Part shown: positions 51,136 through 59,910 of the stretch, in pieces
Layout of the letters: every line of letters begins with the position of its first letter
Position numbering within the stretch: position 1 is the stretch's first letter
Assembly (NCBI GenBank): GCA_963833095.1
Contig: CAWHWQ010000005.1
Span: 128,001-192,000 of the forward strand
From: Vulcanimicrobiota bacterium
GTDB lineage: Bacteria > Vulcanimicrobiota > Vulcanimicrobiia > Vulcanimicrobiales > Vulcanimicrobiaceae
Direction of reading: 5' to 3'
DNA: 64,000 bases
Translations under genes and position numbers: made by a program
Notes under the pieces: model-generated
The model's input: only the letters and a program-made list of their open reading frames with translations
Told to the model about the DNA's origin: nothing
Databases searched by the model: none

Positions 51136-51713
51136 TGGGAGACTGCTACAGCCTTGCCCGGGCACTCGTTGTGCCCAATCGTCCGAACGGCGCCGGCGCG
51201 ATTTCTGCAACCCTGGAACGCTTCGGCAACGGCGCTCTTCGTTTTGCCCTCGATCGTCAGACACGTGTCGCGCCACTCCATCGCGGCGAGAAATATCGCG
51301 AGGCCTCGCCGGCGCTCGCACGCTTGGGCATCGACGTCGATGCGTGGCCCGCGCCGCCGGCCGGCCTCTTCGTGGTGGAGGAGCGCACCGTGTATCTGCG
51401 TTCGCGCAGCGCCATGACCGTCGCGCACGAATTCGGACATGCCCTCGACTGCGCACTCGGCAACGGCGTCTATCGTTCCGGCATCGATCCGCACATTCGC
51501 CGGCTCTTCATCGACGCGCGCAGTTTCGTAACGCCATACGCGGCCACCGGCATCGATGAATATTTTGCTGAGGCGCTCCGCGCGTTCGTGGAAGCGAACG
51601 ATCCCGCATCGCACTGGCCGCGCGCTACGAAGGCGCGCCTACGAAACATCGATCTGGGACTGTACGAATATGTTGAGCGCCTCTTCCGCGTTGATTTTAG
51701 CGCGGCGGCGTAG
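51136..51713 (+). CDS. Zn metallopeptidase, anthrax lethal factor/Pro-Pro endopeptidase-like
   Basis: VAHEFGHALD (HExxH), TPYAA and DEYFAE third-ligand motif; no signal peptide; probable start ATG 51136. Confidence 0.8.
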
Positions 51714-51717
51714 CGAA

Positions 51718-52086
51718 CTACCTTATCGGGTAGGCTTCGAAAGTGTTGCTTCCCACTTGCCTGGTGGAGCAGCGCGCCGCGTGCGATGCACTCACCGGTG
51801 CCCCGTGGACAACCCACCTGTCGCCCGCCAACGGGTAGCCGGCGTTTATCACGTAGACCTCGCACGGCGCATTTTTTCTCTGTGGATCGCGGAACAATAC
51901 GTACGCCTTTCCCCCGAGGCCCAAATCACACTTAAAGCTGGTAGGGCTGGAAAGACGGCACTGGTTGTAGGGGCTCTGCCACGCTGTTAGACCGAATTTT
52001 CCGTAAATATGGCAGGCGGCACTGGCGACGCCGGTGACCGCGAAGAGCGCAACAGCCAGCGCCACCAAAAAGCGACGTTCCTTCAT
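51718..52086 (-). CDS. Small secreted Cys-containing hypothetical protein
   Basis: Signal peptide ending ASA-A, 5 Cys, SD AGGAG. Confidence 0.7.
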   Translation of the reverse strand: MKERRFLVALAVALFAVTGVASAACHIYGKFGLTAWQSPYNQCRLSSPTSFKCDLGLGGKAYVLFRDPQRKNAPCEVYVINAGYPLAGDRWVVHGAPVSASHAARCSTRQVGSNTFEAYPIR

Positions 52087-52224
52087 TGTGCGAAACTCCT
52101 AGAAGCAGCCATTGACTCAGCTGCTTTTCTCCATCCTACACCGTCCTACGCCAACACTACAAGCTCGGTAGTTTTACGGCATCCCTAGACATCGGAATCA
52201 CGACTCCCATCCAATTCCACATAA

Positions 52225-52325
52225 TTGCCGAAGCGCTCCGCGCGTTTGTCGAGGCCAATGATCCCGCCTCGCACTGGCCGCGCGCGATGAAGCGGCGTCT
52301 ACAAACGATCGATCCCGAGATGTAA
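52225..52325 (+). repeat. Diverged copy of the 3' end of the 51136-51713 peptidase gene
   Basis: Encodes AEALRAFVEANDPASHWPRAMKRRLQTIDPEM* versus AEALRAFVEANDPASHWPRATKARLRNIDLGL at about 51566-51662. Confidence 0.9.
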
Positions 52326-52339
52326 TCGAACCTATGTCG

Positions 52340-52830
52340 GCAACGTTGGCGGAGCTGGAGGCATCGGCAGCGTGGTCGGTCCAACATCGGGATTTTGCCG
52401 ACGCTTCCGTCAACGAAGTGCGCGCTAACGGTGGTAAAGTTACGCGGATTATCGTCAAGGTCGTAGTAATCGAACGTAGTCGTCGCTGAGAGGTCGCTTA
52501 TTAGCTGCCCGACCATCGTGGCCGAGAGTAATTCCTCGATTGCAGGAACCGAGATCAATCCGTTCGGCAAGAAACGCCCAGCGTCGACGAAATCAACATC
52601 GCCATCAAGGTACGACGCCTGAAACACGACGCGATCGATTGTCACCGACGAAAGATTCAGGAACCGAACGCCGAGAATAGCCGCCCCGTTCTTACGACCG
52701 ATCCCGTGCGTACGACCCCTTTCAAAGAATGCAATGCATGAAACTATTCCGATCGGATCCTTTGTCGCATTGTCGATCGAAGCAGGAATCGGTGTGGCAT
52801 CGTTGTCGCGGTGACTCGATAAAGTGATCC
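52340..52830 (-). pseudogene. 5'-truncated remnant of a secreted beta-sandwich-type hypothetical gene
   Basis: PIGIVSC...VRFLNLS..IDRVVF...DAGRFLPNG...VSAHFVDGS; no credible start, abuts the truncated sigma gene. Confidence 0.45.
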
Positions 52831-53696
52831 GGTGCGTCGATCGACCCACTCGACAGCGCACACGAAAGGAGCGCAACACCTTCGGCGATTTCCGCCTGGT
52901 CCCAAAGGGTTCTGTCCTGGCTCGAAAGCGGGATCAACTCGCCACCACTTCCGGCCCGAGCCAAGCGTCTTGCATCGTTAAGCAGCATCAGGGCTAGCAG
53001 CCCCATCACGTTGCCATTATCCGGAAGTAGGCGTTGAAGCATGCGAGTCAAGCGGATCGCCTCGCGTGAAAGCTGCAAGACCTGCAACTGTGGGCCGGTG
53101 CTGGTAACGTAGCCTTCGTTGAAAATCAGATACAACACGTGCAAGACGGAGTGAAGGCGCGAGTTCCACTCCTCGCCGTTCGGCAAACGAAAGGGAATGC
53201 CCGAAGCCTTGATGCTCTGCTTCGCGCGACTGATACGTTGGGCCATCGTGGTCTCGGGAACGAGAAAGGCATTGGCGATTTGCGCTGTCGTCAAGCCCCC
53301 GACGGCGCGCAACGTCAAGGCGATGGCGGAAGACGCGCTTAGCGCCGGGTGAGCACACATGAAAAGCGACGCCAGCGAATCGTCCCGTTCCGGATCCGCG
53401 TCACACTCGCTCGCCGATAAGTAACCGAAATGAAGGGCCCGGCTCTCGCGTTGCCGGCGCGCCGACTCGCTGCGCTGGTGATCGACCATACGCCGCGACG
53501 CAACGCGGATCAACCACGCCCGAGGGTTCTCGGGAAGGCCCTCGCCCGGCCACTGAGTAGCGGCTGCAAGCAGCGCCTCTTGGACAGCGTCTTCGGCAGC
53601 GCTGAAATCGCCAAAACGCCGAGCCACCCAGCCGAGCACCTTCGGCGCCAGTTCGCGCAGAAGATGCTCGATTTGCGGCGTCAAGCCGGTCGTCAA
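52722..53696 (-). pseudogene. ECF42-type sigma factor truncated before its C-terminal TPR extension
   Basis: AEDAVQEA...WP..G.P.NPRAWL, CAHPAL, LTLRAVGGL, VLYLIFNEGY, QDRTLWD; homology appears to end near 52840. Confidence 0.8.
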
Positions 53697-54088
53697 ACGA
53701 ACTCTTCCGGTGGCCCGCTCATCACCTGCCGCACTTCAATAGGCATATTCAACGGCTTGCCACCGGCACCGGGCGCCGCCGACGCGCGTGCGGCGATAGC
53801 ATAGGCTGCTTCGGGCGTCTCGACCTCGACGATCCAAAAGCCGGCGAGAAATTCTTTGGACTCCGGGAAGACGCCGTCGGTGATCGGCTCCCCGTTCTTC
53901 CCGGCACGCACTACCGTGGCCTCATCGGGAAACGCCAGCCCTTCGGCACCAACGAGCACTCCCGACGCGGTCAGATCCTTGTTCAGGCCAAGCATGAAAG
54001 CGATATGCGCCTTGATCTCATCGCGCGACCAAGAATCAAACCCCTGGGATCCCGACTTCATCGTGTTCATCATCAAAATGTACTTCAC
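53693..54088 (-). CDS. YciI/DGPF-family protein
   Basis: MKYILM, ITDGVFPESKEFLAGFW, IEVRQV; coupled to the sigma gene. Confidence 0.9.
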   Translation of the reverse strand: MKYILMMNTMKSGSQGFDSWSRDEIKAHIAFMLGLNKDLTASGVLVGAEGLAFPDEATVVRAGKNGEPITDGVFPESKEFLAGFWIVEVETPEAAYAIAARASAAPGAGGKPLNMPIEVRQVMSGPPEEFV

Positions 54089-54134
54089 TGTTCTCCCTTT
54101 CGTTGTCCGCCCAAAATGGGCTTTACACGACCTA

Positions 54135-54161
54135 GTCGGAGCTCCGGGGCATTTCTCGACA
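54135..54161 (-). promoter_or_regulatory. ECF42-type promoter
   Basis: TGTCGA-N17-CGAC upstream of the YciI gene, matching the described ECF42 consensus. Confidence 0.65.
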
Positions 54162-54253
54162 TCGGGGCCCTAGCCAATTCCACGTAATCGCCGCGGCACT
54201 GAGTCCTTCGCATATATCGAGCGCGTTTTCAAAGCTGAATTCGCGGAAGCGGC

Positions 54254-54290
54254 TTGACTCCGAATTGGTATAAATGTACCATGGTACCAA
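54254..54290 (+). promoter_or_regulatory. Sigma70 promoter with overlapping TGGTA/TACCA inverted repeats
   Basis: TTGACT-N17-TACCAT; TGGTA-N6-TACCA and TGGTACCA. Confidence 0.7.
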
Positions 54291-54293
54291 ATT

Positions 54294-54563
54294 ATGCCGA
54301 CCAGTAAATCGCAAGTCAAGGAAGTCGAACGCGTGCAGACCGGCGTTCGAATAGAGAAGAATCTGCTCAAGGTCCTCAAGGGCGTTGCCGAGCTCCGAGA
54401 CATGTCTCTCGGAGAATTGATCGAGGGCATCGTCCTTCACGCACTCGAAGGGAAAGATCCCTTTTCGAAAGGGACGCTTCGGCAAATTGAAGAGTTACGC
54501 AAGCTCTACGGTCTCTCGCTTCGCGCCGGCGATAGTCACACGTTACGTGAAAACGTCCGATGA
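54294..54563 (+). CDS. Ribbon-helix-helix-like small regulator
   Basis: RVQTGVRIEK strand followed by helices LLKVLKGVAE and SLGELIEGIV. Confidence 0.7.
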   Translation: MPTSKSQVKEVERVQTGVRIEKNLLKVLKGVAELRDMSLGELIEGIVLHALEGKDPFSKGTLRQIEELRKLYGLSLRAGDSHTLRENVR

Positions 54564-55144
54564 GACCCTGGCTTTTGCTGGCGATCGGCGCATGTGTCGG
54601 AGGCGCTGTCGCCTTGATACCGGCGTTTGCCGCACACGTGCACTCCTTGCGTCATAATGCACAACGCGGCGCAAACGTCGTTCATACGAGTGTTACGTTC
54701 TCGTTCGTTGCGAAGGGATCGATGGCCGCGGTTGCACCGCTCTTCGGCGCGGATAAGGAACGCGCTTGGGCCCCCGGTTGGCAGCCCGACGTCCTGTGGC
54801 CCGCCGACGGCAGCGACCGATCGGGTATGATTTTCACCGTTGCCCATGGTCACACCCAAGCCGTTTGGGTCAATACGCGCTTCGATCTGCGTAGCGGCGA
54901 CGTCCAGTATGTCTACGTCGTGCCGGAGACGCTGGCTACGGTCATCACGATCGGGATGCGTCCCGACCATGGTGCGGCGCGCGTCACGGTTACCTACGAT
55001 CGCACGGCCTTGACCGCGGATGCGAACGCGCACGTGCTTGAACTTGCTGAGCACGACAAGCAAGCCGGGAGCGAATGGCAGCAGCAAATCAACAGCTTCC
55101 TTACTTCCGTCAACACTCACCAAGCGGGCGGATCAGGCGCATAG
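54560..55144 (+). CDS. Membrane-anchored SRPBCC-like hypothetical protein
   Basis: N-terminal TM; PLF...ERAWAPGW; VTYDRTAL; ATGA-coupled to the RHH gene. Confidence 0.65.
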   Translation: MRPWLLLAIGACVGGAVALIPAFAAHVHSLRHNAQRGANVVHTSVTFSFVAKGSMAAVAPLFGADKERAWAPGWQPDVLWPADGSDRSGMIFTVAHGHTQAVWVNTRFDLRSGDVQYVYVVPETLATVITIGMRPDHGAARVTVTYDRTALTADANAHVLELAEHDKQAGSEWQQQINSFLTSVNTHQAGGSGA

Positions 55145-55185
55145 CTGAGTTGCTAAGCTTCACCTTAGTAGTGTAGACTTAGCAT

Positions 55186-55617
55186 GTGCCCCGCCCTATC
55201 GCCGACGCCGCCAGCGAGAGCCTGTACGTCGCTCTTGCCCTCCTGGTCCGCCGGCTCAAACAGACGCGCGACGACACCCTCTCGGTTCCGGAAATCTCGG
55301 CGCTGGTTCGGCTCGAATCATCGGGCCCGGCCACGCTCACGGCGTTAGCCAAAATCGAGCGTATTAGCGCGCAGTCGCTTGGCACGACGCTTAGCGGCCT
55401 CAAATCGCGCGGGCTCGTACGGCGCGACGCCGATCCCGACGACGGCCGCCAGAGTGTCGTCTCCATCACGACCGCGGGGCGTACGATGCTTCGCAACCGG
55501 CGCAGCAACCGAGCGGCGCAGATGTCGCGCGCGCTGGCTGCGCAGTTTACCGCGCAAGAGCGCGCGACGCTGCGGGCTGCAGCGCCGCTGCTGGAACGGT
55601 TGGCGCACGCCCTGTAA
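55186..55617 (+). CDS. MarR-family regulator
   Basis: LAKIERIS..L..RGLVRR..DPDDGR..IT.AG. Confidence 0.9.
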   Translation: MPRPIADAASESLYVALALLVRRLKQTRDDTLSVPEISALVRLESSGPATLTALAKIERISAQSLGTTLSGLKSRGLVRRDADPDDGRQSVVSITTAGRTMLRNRRSNRAAQMSRALAAQFTAQERATLRAAAPLLERLAHAL

Positions 55618-57296
55618 TGCCGGCCGACCGCTATCGCTGGATCGCGTTGTCCAACACGACGCTTGCCATCTTCATGTCCGCGCTCGATGGATCGATCGTC
55701 ATCATCTCGCTGCCCGCGATCTTTCGCGGCATTCGCTTGGATCCGCTTGGCGCCGAGAACATCGGCTATTTGCTCTGGATGATCATGGGCTACATGCTCG
55801 TGCAAGCGGTGCTGGTCGTCACGCTCGGACGGCTCGGCGACATGTATGGACGAGTCAAGATCTACAACCTCGGCTTCGTCGTGTTTACGATCGCGTCGCT
55901 CCTGCTGTCATTCGATCCGTTCACCGGCGGTCACGGCGCGTTGTGGCTGATCGGCTGGCGGTTGCTTCAAGCGCTCGGCGGATCGATGCTCACCGCAAAC
56001 TCGGCGGCCATTCTCACCGATGCCTTTCCCAAAGATCAGCGCGGCTTTGCTCTGGGCATCAACCAAATCGCCGGTCTGAGCGGGCAATTTCTCGGACTTG
56101 TGGCCGGCGGCGTGCTGGCGATCATCGATTGGCGCGCGATCTTTTGGGTGAACGTTCCGGTCGGCATCTTCGGCACGGTGTGGGCGTATCGAAATCTGCG
56201 CGAGCAGGGGCATCATCGGTCCGCGAACATCGATTGGTGGGGAAATCTCACCTTTGCGTTGGGTCTGGGGGCCGTCTTGGTGGCGATAACCTCGGGCATC
56301 CATCCGTACGGAACCCACGCGATGGGCTGGACGAATCCGGCGACCTACGGTCCGCTCGTCGGCGGTATTGCGTTGCTCGTTGCATTCGTGTTCATCGAAC
56401 GGCGGGCTGCAGAACCAATGTTTGATTTGCGATTGCTGCGGATCCGCGCATTTTCGGCAGGCATTGCCGCTGTGCTCGCGGCGGCAATTGCTCGAGGCGG
56501 CTTGCAGTTGATGCTGGTCATCTGGCTGCAAGGCATCTGGCTTCCGCTGCACGGCTATTCGTATACGCAAACGCCGCTGTGGGCGGGAATTTTCTTGCTC
56601 CCGCTTTCGGCGGGCTTTCTGGTCGCGGGTCCGCTGTCGGGATATCTTTCGGATCGATTCGGGGCGCGCCGTTTCTCCACGACCGGATTGTTGGTCTTTG
56701 GCGCAGGTATGCTGGGACTGTTGTTCTTGCCGATCGACTTTTCGTACTGGACCTTCGCAGCGCTTATCGCCTGCGCGGGAATCGGCACCGGCATGTTTGC
56801 CGCGCCCAACACGTCTGCGGTCATGAGCAGCGTTCCGGCAGCTCAGCGCGGCGTTGCTTCAGGGATGCGCTCGACCTTTCAAAACTCGGGAAATCTGCTC
56901 TCGATCGGCATCTTCTTCTCGCTGATGATCGGCGTTCTCGCGAAAAGCCTTCCCCCAGCGATGATAGCTGGGCTCGCGCAGCAAGGCGTCCCGGTACACA
57001 TCGCAACGCAGATTGCCGCGCTTCCGCCGGTGTCGTCGCTCTTCGCGGCATTTCTTGGCATCAACCCGCTAGAGCATCTGCTTGCGCCCTCGGGCGTACT
57101 TTCGCATCTTTCCGCAACGCAGCGTGAGACGCTCACCGGAACGACCTTCTTCCCACATTTGATCGCGACGCCGTTTCATTATGGGTTGACGGCCGTCTTT
57201 ACGCTCGCAATCGCGCTGTCGCTCTTCGGCGCCGTCGCATCATTCATGCGCGGAAGCCGCGCGCGCAGCTTACCCGTTTCACCGCAGGAACCATAA
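55617..57296 (+). CDS. MFS drug:H+ antiporter (14-TM DHA2-like)
   Basis: LDGSIVIISLP, GRLGDMYGR, RLLQALGG, WRAIFWVNVP, SDRFGAR. Confidence 0.92.
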   Translation: MPADRYRWIALSNTTLAIFMSALDGSIVIISLPAIFRGIRLDPLGAENIGYLLWMIMGYMLVQAVLVVTLGRLGDMYGRVKIYNLGFVVFTIASLLLSFDPFTGGHGALWLIGWRLLQALGGSMLTANSAAILTDAFPKDQRGFALGINQIAGLSGQFLGLVAGGVLAIIDWRAIFWVNVPVGIFGTVWAYRNLREQGHHRSANIDWWGNLTFALGLGAVLVAITSGIHPYGTHAMGWTNPATYGPLVGGIALLVAFVFIERRAAEPMFDLRLLRIRAFSAGIAAVLAAAIARGGLQLMLVIWLQGIWLPLHGYSYTQTPLWAGIFLLPLSAGFLVAGPLSGYLSDRFGARRFSTTGLLVFGAGMLGLLFLPIDFSYWTFAALIACAGIGTGMFAAPNTSAVMSSVPAAQRGVASGMRSTFQNSGNLLSIGIFFSLMIGVLAKSLPPAMIAGLAQQGVPVHIATQIAALPPVSSLFAAFLGINPLEHLLAPSGVLSHLSATQRETLTGTTFFPHLIATPFHYGLTAVFTLAIALSLFGAVASFMRGSRARSLPVSPQEP

Positions 57297-57305
57297 GGAG
57301 CCACC

Positions 57306-57899
57306 ATGCCCGATACCGCACCGAAGATCGATCCCGCGCATGCGGCGCTGCTCATCATGGACTATCAGACGGGCATTCTCGCGATGGTCGAGAATGCCGA
57401 CGCGCTCGTGGCCAACGCTCAGCATGCCATTCGCTCCGTCCGCAGCCACGGTGGACACATCGGCTACGTTCGCGTTGCCTTCGCGCAAGCGGACTACGAC
57501 GCGATCCCCGAACGCAACAAGGGCTTCTGGGCGGCCAAATCATCGGGCCGAGATTTCGCAACCGATTCTCCGGTCACCGCGATCGACACGCGCATCGCGC
57601 CGCAAGACGGCGATATCGTTGTGCGCAAGACGCGCGTCGGCGCGTTTTCGACGACCGATTTAGCGCGGCAATTGAGCTCGCGTGGAATAGATACTTTGAT
57701 CCTTGCGGGCATTAGCACGAGCGGCGTCGTGCTCTCGACCATCCGCGATGCCGCCGACCACGACTATCGGCTCGTCGTCCTTGCCGACGCCTGCGCCGAC
57801 CCGCAGGCCGACGTACACACCCTGCTCATGGAGAAAGTCTTTCCGCGCCAATCCGACGTTGTGACGACCGGCGACCTCGACGCACTCTTTTCGCAGTAG
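57306..57899 (+). CDS. Isochorismatase/cysteine hydrolase family protein
   Basis: ALLIMDYQ, KTRVGAF, AGISTSGVVLST, DACAD; SD AAGGAG. Confidence 0.9.
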   Translation: MPDTAPKIDPAHAALLIMDYQTGILAMVENADALVANAQHAIRSVRSHGGHIGYVRVAFAQADYDAIPERNKGFWAAKSSGRDFATDSPVTAIDTRIAPQDGDIVVRKTRVGAFSTTDLARQLSSRGIDTLILAGISTSGVVLSTIRDAADHDYRLVVLADACADPQADVHTLLMEKVFPRQSDVVTTGDLDALFSQ

Positions 57900-57936
57900 C
57901 GAGTGGTTTCCAAGCGAGGCGTAGAAGCCTGGAGCG

Positions 57937-58716
57937 ATGGTCACGCGCTTACCCGTCGTCTTTTTCGGACACGGCAACCCGATGAATGCACTCGACAACA
58001 ATCCCTACGCGAAAGCATGGCAAGGGCTTGGTGAGCAGTTGCCGCGGCCACGCGCGATTCTCGCCATCTCGGCGCATTGGTACGTGCCCGCAACGCTCGT
58101 TACCGCGAATGAATATCCCCGCACGATCCACGACTTCGGCGGTTTTCCGCCCGAGCTGTACGCGATGCAGTATCCCGCTCCGGGCGATCTCGGCGTCGCT
58201 GCGCGCGTCACCGAGTTGCTCGCCCCGTACGACGCGATGGGTGACAAGGATTGGGGACTCGATCACGGCACGTGGTCCGTCCTCGCCCACGTCTATCCCA
58301 AGGCCGATATTCCCGTCGTGCAACTGAGTATCGATGAAACGCTTGGGCCGGCGCTGCACTTCGAGATCGGCACCGCGCTACGGCCGTTGCGCGAGGACGG
58401 CGTCATGATCGTCGCGAGCGGTAACATCGTGCACAATCTGCACGCGTTCGCCTGGGGGCGGCATCCGGTCAAGCCGTTCGACTGGGCGCAACGCTTCGAA
58501 ACCAAAGCGCGAGAACTTCTGGTCGCCCGCAATTTCGATCCGCTGATCGACTACGAATCGCTCGGCGAAGACGCGCGACTGTCCGCCCCGACGCCGGATC
58601 ACTACTTGCCGCTGCTCTATGCGATGGGCGCATCGGACGAGAACGATCGCGTAAGCTTCCCCGTCGAAGGAATCGACGGCGGTTCGGTCTCGATGCTCTC
58701 GGTACTCTTTTCTTAG
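57937..58716 (+). CDS. ygiD: 4,5-DOPA extradiol dioxygenase
   Basis: FFGHGNPM, ISAHW, HDFGGFP, GLDHGTW, SGNIVHNL, PTPDHYLPL. Confidence 0.92.
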   Translation: MVTRLPVVFFGHGNPMNALDNNPYAKAWQGLGEQLPRPRAILAISAHWYVPATLVTANEYPRTIHDFGGFPPELYAMQYPAPGDLGVAARVTELLAPYDAMGDKDWGLDHGTWSVLAHVYPKADIPVVQLSIDETLGPALHFEIGTALRPLREDGVMIVASGNIVHNLHAFAWGRHPVKPFDWAQRFETKARELLVARNFDPLIDYESLGEDARLSAPTPDHYLPLLYAMGASDENDRVSFPVEGIDGGSVSMLSVLFS

Positions 58717-59910
58717 ATGCGCACCGGCAAGGAGGCCCACATTGCTACGATCGTTCTCGTCAACATCTACTGGCTTCCACTCTCGCTGCAAGAAGCGGCC
58801 CTGCTCGCAATCGCGATTCCGGCGGCGCTCGTACGCCTAACACCAGAGAACCACGTCGCCACGTATGCGATTCTCGCGAGCCTTATCTCGGTGGTCGGTG
58901 TCTTTTTGCCTTGGCCGGTCGGTGCGCTCTCCGACCGCCTGCGCGGAACGGGAACGCCGCGTCAAGCGTTGGCTCTTGCGGGCGCCGCGATCAACGTTAT
59001 CGGGCTGGTGCTGGCTGCGAGCACGACGTCGCTTACAGCCTTTTGCGGCGCGATTATCTTAGCGACGTTTGGAGCCACGGTTAGCACTACCGCGTACCAG
59101 GCCATGCTGCCCGAAGCGATTGCGCGCGCGGCGTGGGGTGTGGCCTCGGGCGTGCGCGGTGCCGCAACGCTGATCGGCACCGTCTTCGGTCTTGGGCTCG
59201 GCGGCGCGCTCGCCCCCAACATTGTCTTTCTCACCTGCGCCGCCGTCGTCGCCATCGGCGCGGTGACGCTGCGCGGCCTTGTGCCGCGCGAACAAACCGC
59301 CGATGACCGAGCGCACATTCGCGACTGGCACGATTTTATCGTCGTCTTTATCGCTCGCGCCTGCATCGTCTTCGGACTCTCCCTGCTCACCACGTTCGTG
59401 CTTTACTTCTTCCGCGACGTGCTGCGCGTAGCCAATCCGTCGATGGGAACGGGAATTACCGGCATTGCGGCGCTGATCGGCGCGGCCGCGGCGAGCATCG
59501 CGCTCGGCGTCTTGTCGGATCGCGTGCGGCCGTATCGCAAAGTGATCACCGCATTGTGCGGCATTCCCATGACGGTTGCCGCTATGGGCTACGCGATCGC
59601 TCCGCACGAATCGTTGATTTGGATCTTCGCGCTGCTCTTCGGGATCGGCTACGGCGGCGTGCTCTCAACCGGATGGGCGCTCGCGCTCGATGCGATGCCG
59701 GCTATGCGCGACGTCGCGCGCGATCTTGGGATCTGGGGCATGGCGACGCACATTCCCTCGATTATCGCTCCGCTCATCGGCGGCGCGATGATTCGCTATT
59801 TCAACGGATCGTTCAACGGCTATCGCGCGCTCTTTGCTCTGGCCGCCCTCGCGTTTGCCATCGGCTCGTCATCGGTCCTTGCTGTTCGAGGAGAGGCGCG
59901 TGAAGGGTAA
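58717..59910 (+). CDS. MFS transporter
   Basis: About 12 TMs, GALSDRLR and GVLSDRVR motifs. Confidence 0.85.
   Translation: MRTGKEAHIATIVLVNIYWLPLSLQEAALLAIAIPAALVRLTPENHVATYAILASLISVVGVFLPWPVGALSDRLRGTGTPRQALALAGAAINVIGLVLAASTTSLTAFCGAIILATFGATVSTTAYQAMLPEAIARAAWGVASGVRGAATLIGTVFGLGLGGALAPNIVFLTCAAVVAIGAVTLRGLVPREQTADDRAHIRDWHDFIVVFIARACIVFGLSLLTTFVLYFFRDVLRVANPSMGTGITGIAALIGAAAASIALGVLSDRVRPYRKVITALCGIPMTVAAMGYAIAPHESLIWIFALLFGIGYGGVLSTGWALALDAMPAMRDVARDLGIWGMATHIPSIIAPLIGGAMIRYFNGSFNGYRALFALAALAFAIGSSSVLAVRGEAREG

Noticed and set aside
52211..52240. dif/Xer site (ATTCCACATAA resembles a XerC arm)
   Set aside because: No XerD arm (TTATGTTAAAT-like) at 6-bp spacing
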